From the NCBI GenBank assembly GCA_018693855.1, contig JABHMO010000043.1, positions 4,450-68,449 on the forward strand: a stretch of DNA of 64,000 nt, written 5' to 3'. Under the pieces are notes generated by a model that saw only the letters and a program-made list of their open reading frames with translations, was not told the origin of the DNA and ran no database searches. Origin of the DNA: Candidatus Falkowbacteria bacterium (GTDB taxonomy: Bacteria; Patescibacteriota; Patescibacteriia; UBA11705; JABHMO01). Numbering within the stretch: the stretch's first letter is position 1; each line of letters starts with the position of its first letter. Positions 10,685 to 19,669 of the stretch are shown here, piece after piece. The translations under genes and the position numbers were made by a program.

Positions 10685-11329
10685 CTACCGATAGTGAACG
10701 TTGCGCTTGCCGTCCAGGTAGCCCATGCCACCGAGAGTGCCCAACGTCGTACCACCAACCACGACCACTCCGATGATCGTCCAGAACCACCAAGTCTCGT
10801 ACCACTCGGTTTTGAGTTCCTCGGTCTGCCGGTCAATGGCATTGGCGACGTTATCGGTTTCCAGAATCACCGACAGGTTGGTGGTGTTGTCGATGTCGAC
10901 ACGATCTCCGCTACGACTGGACGCGCGACGTCTCGGGACTTCGCTCTGAGCCAGTCGATGACGCTGTCGATTCTCGCGATCCATCTGCCGCTCAGCTCGA
11001 TCGATTGCCTTCAACAGCTGGAATTCACGCTGCTTGAGCTGGCGATACTGCTGCAAACGATTAAGCGCCCGGCGAGTCCGATGCTGTCGCTTCATCTCAT
11101 CGATCTGACCTTGTGTAACCGCGATTTCGGTGAGCAACATTTGATGAACCTGCTCAAGAGACATCGGCTGCGCAGCGGCCGGTTGCCGTTGTTGCGCCTG
11201 CGCTCGAGCTGCGTTTCCACCGACGATCACTTCCGAAGCAGTGTTATCATCCGCCATAGAGACGGAGATCAAGACCGGATTCATTGCCATTACCACGCAC
11301 AGCATGGCCAAGATGATGGATTTCATCAT
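10685..11329 (-). CDS. Secreted Gln/Arg-rich coiled-coil protein with a C-terminal TM anchor; GC-rich
   Basis: Signal peptide MMKSIILAMLCVVMA, a long QR-rich helix, and a C-terminal WWFWTIIGVVVVGG TM segment. AAGGAGG SD. Confidence 0.5.
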   Translation of the reverse strand: MMKSIILAMLCVVMAMNPVLISVSMADDNTASEVIVGGNAARAQAQQRQPAAAQPMSLEQVHQMLLTEIAVTQGQIDEMKRQHRTRRALNRLQQYRQLKQREFQLLKAIDRAERQMDRENRQRHRLAQSEVPRRRASSRSGDRVDIDNTTNLSVILETDNVANAIDRQTEELKTEWYETWWFWTIIGVVVVGGTTLGTLGGMGYLDGKRNVHYR

Positions 11330-11487
11330 GTCGTTTTCCTCCTTAACAAGGTATGGGGGTCAATTGAAAAGAAACATACAAATCCTCATCTGATTCATCA
11401 TGAAATACATCATAATAAATCGGATAAGGAGGAGTGGAACGTTGTTCCACTCCATCCTGGTTACATGTTCAGTACCAAATTCTCGAT

Positions 11488-12438
11488 CTACTCACGGCCG
11501 AAGCGGTACGTCTTATCGACGGTGCGAGTCCTTCGGTACACGGTGTGATCATCGCCCTCGTTTTCTTTGTGCTCGGGATCGATGATGTCTTCGACCTCAC
11601 CCTCTTCCTTCATGTACGAACCGGCTTCCGGGTTGTCGACATTAAAATTCACGTTGGACGTGTCGTTCCAATACACGAGCGGAGCCGGTGGCTCATCGTA
11701 GAGTCCTTCGGTGGGCTGCAGGTTTGCGGTCGACTGGGCGGGCTGACGCGGTTGAACCGACGAAATATCCTGGCCGTTACCTTGGCTGGCGGGGACATAG
11801 TAGCTCGGATCCTCCGGCAACTGATTGAGCCGACGCTGGACGAGCAGCTGACGCTGCGCGATCTGCAACTGACGCTGCCTCTGCGCATTCTGAGCTTCCT
11901 GACGCGCGAGCGCGTCATCGGAAACGATGGGAATCGCGACGCCCGGTCGGCCGTGACGTACGACGACAGCACTGGGCTGCTCGGCAGGCTTCTCGGAGTC
12001 GGGCTTGGCGGCTTGCTGATTGCGGTTACCGCCATAAAGACGACTGAGCCGCTTGTAGTTGGCGCGATCGGACATCTGCTGCTGAATAACTTCAAGTCGA
12101 TTCCGCACGGCCTGGACCTCGGGACACGTCAGATCGGTATTCTCCTGCTCGGCCTCATCGGAATAAACCTTGATGAGCCTGAGAGCCTGCAACTTACGCC
12201 GCACGGAGAGCACTTCATTGTCGGTCAACTCGTCCTTCATGGCCTCGATCTGATCCTTGGACATGCGGGGATACATGAGCATCCGCAAATCCTTGATCTC
12301 TTCGGCGTCGAGCGATTCGACACACGAAACGGGATCAGGGTCGATGGGGTCGTAACCGGACTGCGCGGCGGCCGGGGTGGCGGTCAAAAACACGATGGCC
12401 AGCATGGCCAGCAAAAACAGGTTGCGAACTTTCTTCAT
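11488..12438 (-). CDS. Secreted Gln/Arg-rich protein; GC-rich
   Basis: ATG at 12438 with an AAGGAG SD. Signal peptide MKKVRNLFLLAMLAIVFLTATPAAAQ. QRQRQLQIAQRQLLVQRR helix. Confidence 0.5.
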   Translation of the reverse strand: MKKVRNLFLLAMLAIVFLTATPAAAQSGYDPIDPDPVSCVESLDAEEIKDLRMLMYPRMSKDQIEAMKDELTDNEVLSVRRKLQALRLIKVYSDEAEQENTDLTCPEVQAVRNRLEVIQQQMSDRANYKRLSRLYGGNRNQQAAKPDSEKPAEQPSAVVVRHGRPGVAIPIVSDDALARQEAQNAQRQRQLQIAQRQLLVQRRLNQLPEDPSYYVPASQGNGQDISSVQPRQPAQSTANLQPTEGLYDEPPAPLVYWNDTSNVNFNVDNPEAGSYMKEEGEVEDIIDPEHKENEGDDHTVYRRTRTVDKTYRFGRE

Positions 12439-12608
12439 GGCAAATCTCCTTTGTGTTGCCAAGTTAACGAAATACTGAACTGATTGAAAGAGAACATTCT
12501 CCTCACCGGAATAGTTAAATAACTGCTCTGGTGAGGGCACAACGGTGGTTGTGCCTGTTTTCTACATCTTGCGTAAAAAACTAGTTTTTGTCAAGTCCCG
12601 GACACGGA

Positions 12609-13367
12609 TCATCTCGAACAAGATCGCCCGAGTTGTCTCTCCATCGCGCAAAGCCTCTGCTGTTCGCGATGATTATCCAGGTAGGTTTGTCCCAGGTCCT
12701 CTAACGTTGGTCCATGAAGGACTGAACGAGTTCGAGGTTGAGACCTTTGTCGTGGCCGAGTCCGCTGTTTTTCCAGCATGTCGGCGATTGATGGGCCTCG
12801 CAACTTGCGCTGGAGACGCTCGTTATCGGATTCGAGGCGACGTTGTTCGGCTTCCGCTAGATCACGACCCTCTACAGCATCTTCAAGCAATTCCTCCAGT
12901 TCCCTGACTCGCCTTGACAGTCGAGTAACCTCCGTTTGGCTTTCACCTAACTGGATAACCAACTTGCCTGCTCTAGCTGCTTGTCTTTTCAGTTCCTCCA
13001 GGTCAGATGGACCGGCAGCACCAGACAAACCACTTGCATGACTAGCGATCATGCGACGAGCTTTCTCGATCTCCTCTCTTAGTGGAACAACTTCTCTTTC
13101 CAGATCAGAGTATTTCACTTGGAGTTGCTCGAGTGCCTCACTTGAGTCACTCATATCACGAAGCTTTTCTTCAAGCTCCACGATCCGACGACGTAATTTG
13201 GCGTCTGCCTCCTTAATCCTCTCTTGCTCCTCGTCAGTGACGATACCATCTGCCAGAGCCACTTTGACCTCATCAGCCAATTCCGGTTTCTGTGCTGGAT
13301 TTGAAAAGAAAATCCAAACTCCAACAATTCCAGACAAAACAATAAGAAGCGCGATGAAATATTTCAT
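12609..13367 (-). CDS. N-terminally membrane-anchored coiled-coil protein; GC-rich
   Basis: TM segment MKYFIALLIVLSGIVGVWIFF, then ~200 aa of heptad-rich sequence. AAGGAGA SD. Confidence 0.5.
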   Translation of the reverse strand: MKYFIALLIVLSGIVGVWIFFSNPAQKPELADEVKVALADGIVTDEEQERIKEADAKLRRRIVELEEKLRDMSDSSEALEQLQVKYSDLEREVVPLREEIEKARRMIASHASGLSGAAGPSDLEELKRQAARAGKLVIQLGESQTEVTRLSRRVRELEELLEDAVEGRDLAEAEQRRLESDNERLQRKLRGPSIADMLEKQRTRPRQRSQPRTRSVLHGPTLEDLGQTYLDNHREQQRLCAMERQLGRSCSR

Positions 13368-13405
13368 GATCTGTCTCCTTGAGATGATCGAATTAGTAAC
13401 ATACT

Positions 13406-13434
13406 ATTTTATCATGTTAGAAATAATTTGTCAA
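13406..13434 (-). promoter_or_regulatory. Promoter TTGACAAATTATTTC-N-TAAAAT (17-bp spacer) for the 12609-13367 gene
   Basis: The 15-nt -35 region TTGACAAATTATTTC is identical to that of the promoter at 14964-14992. Confidence 0.5.
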
Positions 13435-13548
13435 TAGCGAATCACGTAACACATATCACGCCTACCTATCAACAAGCAATCAACGCATAACAAAATATGA
13501 CAAACAAGACAAAATGGCTAAAATAAGACAAAACCCGCAAGGATGACC

Positions 13549-13929
13549 TCACGGGTTGATGATGTTTTGTAGAAATGTTATTAGGGAAAAGCCAAATTTG
13601 TTTTGGAGACCGGATTGGGCCAATGCGCCAAGGAGAATTGAAGCAAAGATTAACAACACAATTACTCTAGTTGAAGCATCTTTGTATTTAATTACTTCCT
13701 TGACTGCTAATTGCTCCAGTTCTTCTTTGAAATATCGCCTTAAATATGCGATTTTCAGTTCTACCTTCAATTGCTCTATTTTCTTTTGGTGCGCTCTTTT
13801 CTGCAATGCGCTTTTACCTTGCCCATTGCTATCATGGTCTTTGCTCAAAACCACAATTTGAAAAGCTATATCATGCAAATCACCAACAACCAAATCGCCA
13901 TTAATCCCAAGTTCTTCGTAAAGATCCAT
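13549..13929 (-). CDS. Small C-tail-anchored protein (126 aa); lower GC than its neighbours
   Basis: GGAGG SD plus ATG at 13929. C-terminal TM segment VIVLLIFASILLGALA. A perfect 13-bp hairpin (AGAGCCGCGATGC/GCATCGCGGCTCT) at 13955-13985 separates it from the upstream gene. Confidence 0.4.
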   Translation of the reverse strand: MDLYEELGINGDLVVGDLHDIAFQIVVLSKDHDSNGQGKSALQKRAHQKKIEQLKVELKIAYLRRYFKEELEQLAVKEVIKYKDASTRVIVLLIFASILLGALAQSGLQNKFGFSLITFLQNIINP

Positions 13930-14002
13930 GGTTAACCTCCTTGCCAATTTGCAAGAAGAGCCGCGATGCGAGGCATCGCGGCTCTTGTAAATAAAGAATA
14001 AA

Positions 14003-14893
14003 TCAGAACGCTGTTTTGATCCACTGCAACAGACTCACACCCAGTTTCCAGATGGCCAGCTCTTCGAGTGCGAACATGATTACCAGACCTAATCCCGTCA
14101 GCCCCACCCACTCACCGATACTCGTCCGCTGCTTGACCGGCTTCTGGTTCTGAGCCTCGGTCAGATCCCTTTCCAGGTCAGCTATCTGATCACGAGCTTC
14201 ACCCAAATCCTGACGCAATTCGTCCTCAAGCTTGAGCTGGGCTTCGGCTGCTTTTCGCTGAAGCCTTGCGTCTTCTTCAGCCTTACGCTGAGCTTCGACT
14301 TGATCGTCCTCGTCCTTCTTGCGAGCGTCGATCTTGGCCGTTAGTTTGAAATAAAGCTGGTGAACCTGAACACGCGCAAACTTGAGTTGCTTCCCGACCA
14401 AGAGAAGCTTCTGACGTCCGCTCTGTGCATACAGACTGTCAGTCGCGACCAGCTCTTCGAAGATCTCCAACTCATCCTGCGTGGCGACATAGAAGGTAAA
14501 TCCGTCATCGCCATTGGGTGTCTGCTGACCGAAGAAAAGCCGATACAACCAACCTTCAGTAAAAATCTGGAAAGTATGATTTACCTGCAGTGGAAAATGT
14601 TCCTGAGCCGACGACGTCACCTCGGACTGCGCCTGCGCGATAACAGCCTCTTGCTTGGCGACAACCGGAGCTTCCTCACGGGTAGTCGTCACGACGGGCT
14701 CGGTCTCTTCTGGCTTCTCCTCGGGTTCTTCATCGGATTCACCTCCTCCTCCGAAAAGAGCCACCGAATCATCCGTAGTTGGCGGTGCTGCAGTCAACTC
14801 CGAACCATCGCTACCGGCGTCTGCGTCGTGGATGTCTCCACCCATTGCACTCCTACCGTCTTCTGTATCCGTGTCAAAAGGACTTCCAGCCAT
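14003..14893 (-). CDS. Acidic coiled-coil protein with a C-terminal TM anchor; GC-rich
   Basis: 296 aa with a D/E-rich N-terminal region, a KAEEDARLQRKAAEAQLK coiled coil, and a C-terminal TM segment GLTGLGLVIMFALEELAIW. GGGAG SD. Confidence 0.5.
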   Translation of the reverse strand: MAGSPFDTDTEDGRSAMGGDIHDADAGSDGSELTAAPPTTDDSVALFGGGGESDEEPEEKPEETEPVVTTTREEAPVVAKQEAVIAQAQSEVTSSAQEHFPLQVNHTFQIFTEGWLYRLFFGQQTPNGDDGFTFYVATQDELEIFEELVATDSLYAQSGRQKLLLVGKQLKFARVQVHQLYFKLTAKIDARKKDEDDQVEAQRKAEEDARLQRKAAEAQLKLEDELRQDLGEARDQIADLERDLTEAQNQKPVKQRTSIGEWVGLTGLGLVIMFALEELAIWKLGVSLLQWIKTAF

Positions 14894-14963
14894 AGTACTT
14901 CTCCCTTTTCTCCCCTTTTTGGGGTAAGAACGTGAACTTGTGAAACAACAAAACTAACATAAT

Positions 14964-14992
14964 ATGTTATCATATAGGAAATAATTTGTCAA
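14964..14992 (-). promoter_or_regulatory. Promoter TTGACAAATTATTTC-N-TAACAT (17-bp spacer) for the 14003-14893 gene
   Basis: Read on the minus strand. It is the twin of the promoter at 13406-13434. Confidence 0.5.
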
Positions 14993-15096
14993 TGATTGGG
15001 CGCGGAACGCGGATCGTAAATTTTGAAGATCAGTAAAAACAATCGCAAGAAAAAAACGACTAAAACAGCCGTCTTTTTATGTAAAATTAGAAGAAA

Positions 15097-15984
15097 TTAC
15101 CCCATACCGATAAACTTGTCTTCTTCTTCAAATTTAGGGTAATCTTTTTTTGTTGTTTTTTGTGAATCATTGTCAGTTGGGAGTTCTGGTTCATTCATCT
15201 CTTCGATCTCCTGTTCTTCCTCGGAAATCTCCTCAACATCGTCTAAATCTAGCTCAGGAACGTCTGGTGTGTCCCCCATTTCTTCTTCAACACTTTCTGT
15301 TTCTGGAACATTATTATAAGAAACTAACTCAGGTTCCTGATCTTGACTAAACTTGTCATGATCTCTATCTGGTCTGTAAGTTAGAATTACGTATGCAAAT
15401 GATAATATTACACCAACAAATAAACTAACTGCTAAATTTAACGCGATATTTGGTTGTTGTGGATACTGAGAAACTAATGGTGAATCTAATAATTTCAGAT
15501 CAATATCACCAATCCCAATTAAATCGTCCTCTTCATTAATCAACACCTCTGCAACTGTTCTTGAAATTATCAAAGCTTGATTTGAATCTGTGTGATAGAT
15601 TGTGAAATTTAATTTACTGTAACCTGTTGGAACGTAAGCATCAACTGTTTTATCCCAAACTTTTCGACGATCTCGTTCGTCAGATCCAAAATAGGTTCTA
15701 TCAATTGATAAGTTCTCTGATAAAACTTTATCTAGAAAATAACTTGAACTAATAACCTGTGACAACTTTTTTCCAATCTTCTCTTCAGACTTTGTAGCAC
15801 TGTAAGCGTCAATACTAAAACTTGATTTCTGAATAATTAAGACACTTGATTCAGCTGAATATTTAAATGGAGTCACTAAAGTAATACCCAGACCAATCAA
15901 AAATACGATAATTATAACAATTAACGCCTTGTGCCAATTTTTCTTGTACACATTGATATAGTCGATTTCTCGATAATGTTTCAT
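15097..15984 (-). CDS. Polysaccharide co-polymerase (Wzz/Cap5A chain-length determinant)-like protein
   Basis: N-terminal TM, a periplasmic domain, a second TM segment (LAVSLFVGVILSFAYVIL), then an acidic C-terminal tail. AT-rich backbone composition. Confidence 0.45.
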   Translation of the reverse strand: MKHYREIDYINVYKKNWHKALIVIIIVFLIGLGITLVTPFKYSAESSVLIIQKSSFSIDAYSATKSEEKIGKKLSQVISSSYFLDKVLSENLSIDRTYFGSDERDRRKVWDKTVDAYVPTGYSKLNFTIYHTDSNQALIISRTVAEVLINEEDDLIGIGDIDLKLLDSPLVSQYPQQPNIALNLAVSLFVGVILSFAYVILTYRPDRDHDKFSQDQEPELVSYNNVPETESVEEEMGDTPDVPELDLDDVEEISEEEQEIEEMNEPELPTDNDSQKTTKKDYPKFEEEDKFIGMG

Positions 15985-16260
15985 ATAGTTTATTCTTAAT
16001 GTTTATACTTGCATTATATTAGTACTGAATTTAAATGATATATGTATTACTCCATTTCGCACTCTCGTGCGAGTTACTTTTTTCCGTAAAAAAGTAACCA
16101 CCTGCCTACGCTATTACATAAGCTTCGGCAAGGCAGGAAAACAGCTGGGGCGCCACAATTCGCGTGCGTTGTTTTTTTTCGATCTACTAAAACGGCGAAT
16201 GTTCTGCCCCAGACCCCGCCGTACTTTTTATTTCCCCTATTGAAAAAAACAGAACTAAAA

Positions 16261-17358
16261 CTACTTCAATTCAATTGATACTACCATTTCAACATCTTCA
16301 CGTAAAATTGTAAAGTTAAGTTCGTCACCTGTTTGGTACTGAGCAATCAGTTCAGAAACTGTTTTAGTTTGATTTATTTCTTCATTTTCAATTTTTATAA
16401 TAATATCATTCGGTAATAAAATTCCCTTGGCTGGACTGTTCGTCAAAACACCGGCAGATGTGATCTGCGCACCTTTCTTCATTTCAATCGTTGGATTTAA
16501 TAACTGATAATAATCATAATACAAAATTCCCAAATAAGGAGCACTGTACTCATTATCAGAACCAATCACTCGCATAGCAGGAAAAGTATAATCAATCGGC
16601 AACACCTTGCCAGAAGCATCAACTAACAAACCAATCATCTCGCCTTCTAAATTTATAATTGGAGTTCCGATAAAATCAGAATCCAACTCAGTCTGTAAAT
16701 GAATATAGTTATAGTAATCCTCACTTGAATGAACGAACTGACCTAATGTTTGATTTTTCAATGAAACTAAATTCTCAATACGACTAGCCTTAATATTACC
16801 ATCCTCACCAAACAGAACAACGTTCTGTCCTTTTATTAAATCTTTTTTAGTAGAAAATTCAATAACTGGCAAATTGCTCTGATCAATCTTGATAAAACTA
16901 ATTGATAGATCGCTGTAAGTCACGACCTCAACTGATTCAAAAACTTCATTATTACTATCAACGATATAATAAGTTGAGCTCAAATTTGCTGCAACAGTAT
17001 CACTTGTCATAATCCAACCATCACTCGTAACAATCACTCCCCTACCTAGAAAATCATTTTTCAATAATGTATCAACTTTATTTTCTTGAAACTTTTTATA
17101 TCTATAAATACTAACAATTGCCGGAGTCGCCTTATTAATCGGTTGCGCAATTCGCTGGTCTTCATCTTTCAAACTTCTCGGTTCACCATCTTCACTTACT
17201 AAATCATCAATCTTTTGAGAAAGATCACTGTAACTTTTGAAATTCAAATATGGATCCTTGAGCAAAAATCCATTTACCCAAAGCTCTCCAACCACACCAG
17301 CAAGAAAACCAATAATTAATACTGAGATTATAATGAAATAGAAATGTTTTTTATTCAT
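16261..17358 (-). CDS. HtrA/DegP-like trypsin-fold protein with a C-terminal PDZ domain; catalytic His/Ser not evident
   Basis: N-terminal TM, a GRGVIVTSDGWIMTSDTV segment, GTPIINLEGEMIGLLVD, and a PDZ-like C-terminal domain. The canonical GNSGG serine motif and the TNxHV histidine motif are absent. Confidence 0.5.
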   Translation of the reverse strand: MNKKHFYFIIISVLIIGFLAGVVGELWVNGFLLKDPYLNFKSYSDLSQKIDDLVSEDGEPRSLKDEDQRIAQPINKATPAIVSIYRYKKFQENKVDTLLKNDFLGRGVIVTSDGWIMTSDTVAANLSSTYYIVDSNNEVFESVEVVTYSDLSISFIKIDQSNLPVIEFSTKKDLIKGQNVVLFGEDGNIKASRIENLVSLKNQTLGQFVHSSEDYYNYIHLQTELDSDFIGTPIINLEGEMIGLLVDASGKVLPIDYTFPAMRVIGSDNEYSAPYLGILYYDYYQLLNPTIEMKKGAQITSAGVLTNSPAKGILLPNDIIIKIENEEINQTKTVSELIAQYQTGDELNFTILREDVEMVVSIELK

Positions 17359-17384
17359 AGGATTTAAAAATATAGGAATTTAAC

Positions 17385-18146
17385 TTAACTCCATTGAGCT
17401 GTAAACATGACAATCAATAAAATAATTGAAGCAACAGATAAATGGCTTATAACAAATTTTTTAGTAATTAATGTAAAAAGAAAAGCTTTACTAAACTGCA
17501 GCATTAAAGTAAATACAACAGCTAGAATAAAGCCATTCACAAAATATCCTGTTGGTAAATATGAAACCGCTACAAATAATTCACTAATAACGAGCACAAT
17601 AACAAACACAAAAACAGCACTCTTTTTCAGATTAATTTTATTAATCCAGAAATAATAATAACAGATCAAACCCAGAACAATAATTAAAAACAGCAATAGT
17701 AAAAAAAGATCAATGTTCAATAAGGCTAAAAACGCAAACAAGCTCAGAAACAGAAAAAAACTAGTAATAATCACAATATAACTAGATAAACTTTCCAGTG
17801 AATACGGTTGATATTTTTGCGGAAAGTATGAATACGTATAGTACTGTCTTAACAAATAGTAGAGTACAAACGCACTAAAGATAGTGACTAAATTATATAT
17901 ATATCCATTAACAATAAAAACCAGAAACAAGAAACTTGCCAAGCAAAAAGCAATCGGCAAAATCACAAATTGAATAAAATTACCTTTGAATTTGTACTTA
18001 TTAATCACAAAAACAGACAATAAAAGTAGAACTAACTGAATCAGCAAGAACAACCACCACCACTGAAAACTGTCTTTAATAAACAAAATCCCTGCCAACC
18101 AAAACGCTGACACAAATCCTAAATATATTTTTTGCAGTAAATACAT
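17385..18146 (-). CDS. Polytopic membrane protein, hypothetical
   Basis: 253 aa with ~8 hydrophobic helices and no recognised motif. Confidence 0.4.
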   Translation of the reverse strand: MYLLQKIYLGFVSAFWLAGILFIKDSFQWWWLFLLIQLVLLLLSVFVINKYKFKGNFIQFVILPIAFCLASFLFLVFIVNGYIYNLVTIFSAFVLYYLLRQYYTYSYFPQKYQPYSLESLSSYIVIITSFFLFLSLFAFLALLNIDLFLLLLFLIIVLGLICYYYFWINKINLKKSAVFVFVIVLVISELFVAVSYLPTGYFVNGFILAVVFTLMLQFSKAFLFTLITKKFVISHLSVASIILLIVMFTAQWS

Positions 18147-18218
18147 AGCGGGTAAACATTTGACATTTCACATTTAACATTTTACTTTTAGTCACTTAAC
18201 ATCCGCACTCGAATCAAT

Positions 18219-18626
18219 CTAGAGTTCATCCCAAAGAGCTAATAAGATATCATGTTCTGTCTCAAAATTCAAGTTGTTGATTTCGTATTTTTCTTTAATC
18301 AATTTGATCGTATCAACCAACTCTTTTTTAAACTTTATATTTTCATCTGACACATTCATAAAAGAAAATCGACTGTATTCACGATCAACGAACTTTTTCT
18401 TTTCAACAATTGTCTCAAACGGTTGCAGGAAATAGACTTGTAGAAATCTTTCAGCATCTTCCTCGAAAGTTAACTGTTTAATTTCAGAATCAACAACTGG
18501 AATCTGATCATTGATAATTTGAGGTTCTTGATAAAAATTTCTCAATAAAAAGAACAGTGCAACTGCCAGAATTACAAAAACAATAACAATAATAACAGCG
18601 AGCAAGGAGTTCTTATTAAATTTCAT
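18219..18626 (-). CDS. Membrane-anchored hypothetical protein
   Basis: 135 aa with an N-terminal TM segment. Its stop is 2 nt from the start of the upstream transporter gene. Confidence 0.4.
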   Translation of the reverse strand: MKFNKNSLLAVIIVIVFVILAVALFFLLRNFYQEPQIINDQIPVVDSEIKQLTFEEDAERFLQVYFLQPFETIVEKKKFVDREYSRFSFMNVSDENIKFKKELVDTIKLIKEKYEINNLNFETEHDILLALWDEL

Positions 18627-18628
18627 AG

Positions 18629-19669
18629 TTATGAACTTTTTTGAAGAGTAGTTTTACTGTTCCAAATTTCTCGAACAATCACACTAATAGCAGTTGCAAC
18701 AGGAATCGCCAATAACATACCAATAACACCACCAACCCGAGCACCAATTAGCAGTGCCGTGATACTGAGGATCGGATTCAGACCAACAGCCTTTTGCATG
18801 ACCTTTGGAACTAATAGATTATTTTCTATCTGTTGAATGATAACAAATAGTATTAAAACAAACAATGCTTTAATTGGAGACTGTGTGAAGGCCAGAAATA
18901 TTGCAGGAATAGCTGTCAAAGTTGGTCCCAAATAAGGAATAAACTCACCGATTGCAGCGAGCAACGCTAAAACCAGAGCATAATTAACCCCCAATATCAT
19001 CAGTCCAATATAAACCATTACACCAATAATGAGCGAGAGTATCAGCTGACCTTTTAGCCAGTCACCGATTTTTCGTTGTACTTTGTTAATCAACTGTAAA
19101 GTAAATGGCTGGAGTTTATCAGGTAAAATATAAGTTAAAGTTCTTTTGATCGCACTTTCTTCAACTGTCATGTAGAACGTAATTACCAAAACAATCACAA
19201 ACGAGAAGATGCCACCAAAAATACCTGCCACAGTACCAAAAATATTACTAAACATTCCACCCAGATTAGCTTTAATCGCATTAATACCATCATCTAATTC
19301 ACCACCAAACCCATGTTCAGCTGAAAAGTTTTTTATATTACCAAAGAAGCTGGATATCTTTTCAAAGTATTGAGGAAAATCATTAGACAACTGACCAACC
19401 TGTTGAACGATTGGCGGAATAATCAAAAAGACAACTGTAACGATCACGAAAATAAAAACCAAGTAAATTAGTAAAATACTTAGCCATCGTGGAAATTTAA
19501 TCCGCTCCATACTATCAACCCAAGGGTCAACCGCACTTGCGAGGATTAAAGAGATAAACAAAATTGCTAGAACCTCTTTGATCATGTATAGAAAAAAGAG
19601 AGCCAAAACAATTAAGAAAAATTTTACGATCGATAAGATCGATAAATCAACAAGTTGTCGTTTTTGCAT
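18629..19669 (-). CDS. AI-2E family transporter (PerM/UPF0118-like)
   Basis: 346 aa with 8 TM helices and the architecture typical of YhhT/PerM proteins. Confidence 0.55.
   Translation of the reverse strand: MQKRQLVDLSILSIVKFFLIVLALFFLYMIKEVLAILFISLILASAVDPWVDSMERIKFPRWLSILLIYLVFIFVIVTVVFLIIPPIVQQVGQLSNDFPQYFEKISSFFGNIKNFSAEHGFGGELDDGINAIKANLGGMFSNIFGTVAGIFGGIFSFVIVLVITFYMTVEESAIKRTLTYILPDKLQPFTLQLINKVQRKIGDWLKGQLILSLIIGVMVYIGLMILGVNYALVLALLAAIGEFIPYLGPTLTAIPAIFLAFTQSPIKALFVLILFVIIQQIENNLLVPKVMQKAVGLNPILSITALLIGARVGGVIGMLLAIPVATAISVIVREIWNSKTTLQKSS

Noticed and set aside
16040-16260. Structured, GC-enriched 200-nt intergenic region as a possible known ncRNA (RNase P / SRP / 6S)
   Set aside because: No conserved RNase P (GGAAAGUCCGG..ACAGAAAC) or SRP (GGUGCUGUUUACC...) signatures are present. 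It is better explained as a cluster of dispersed hairpin repeats that are shared with 21040-21075, though an unknown sRNA is not excluded.
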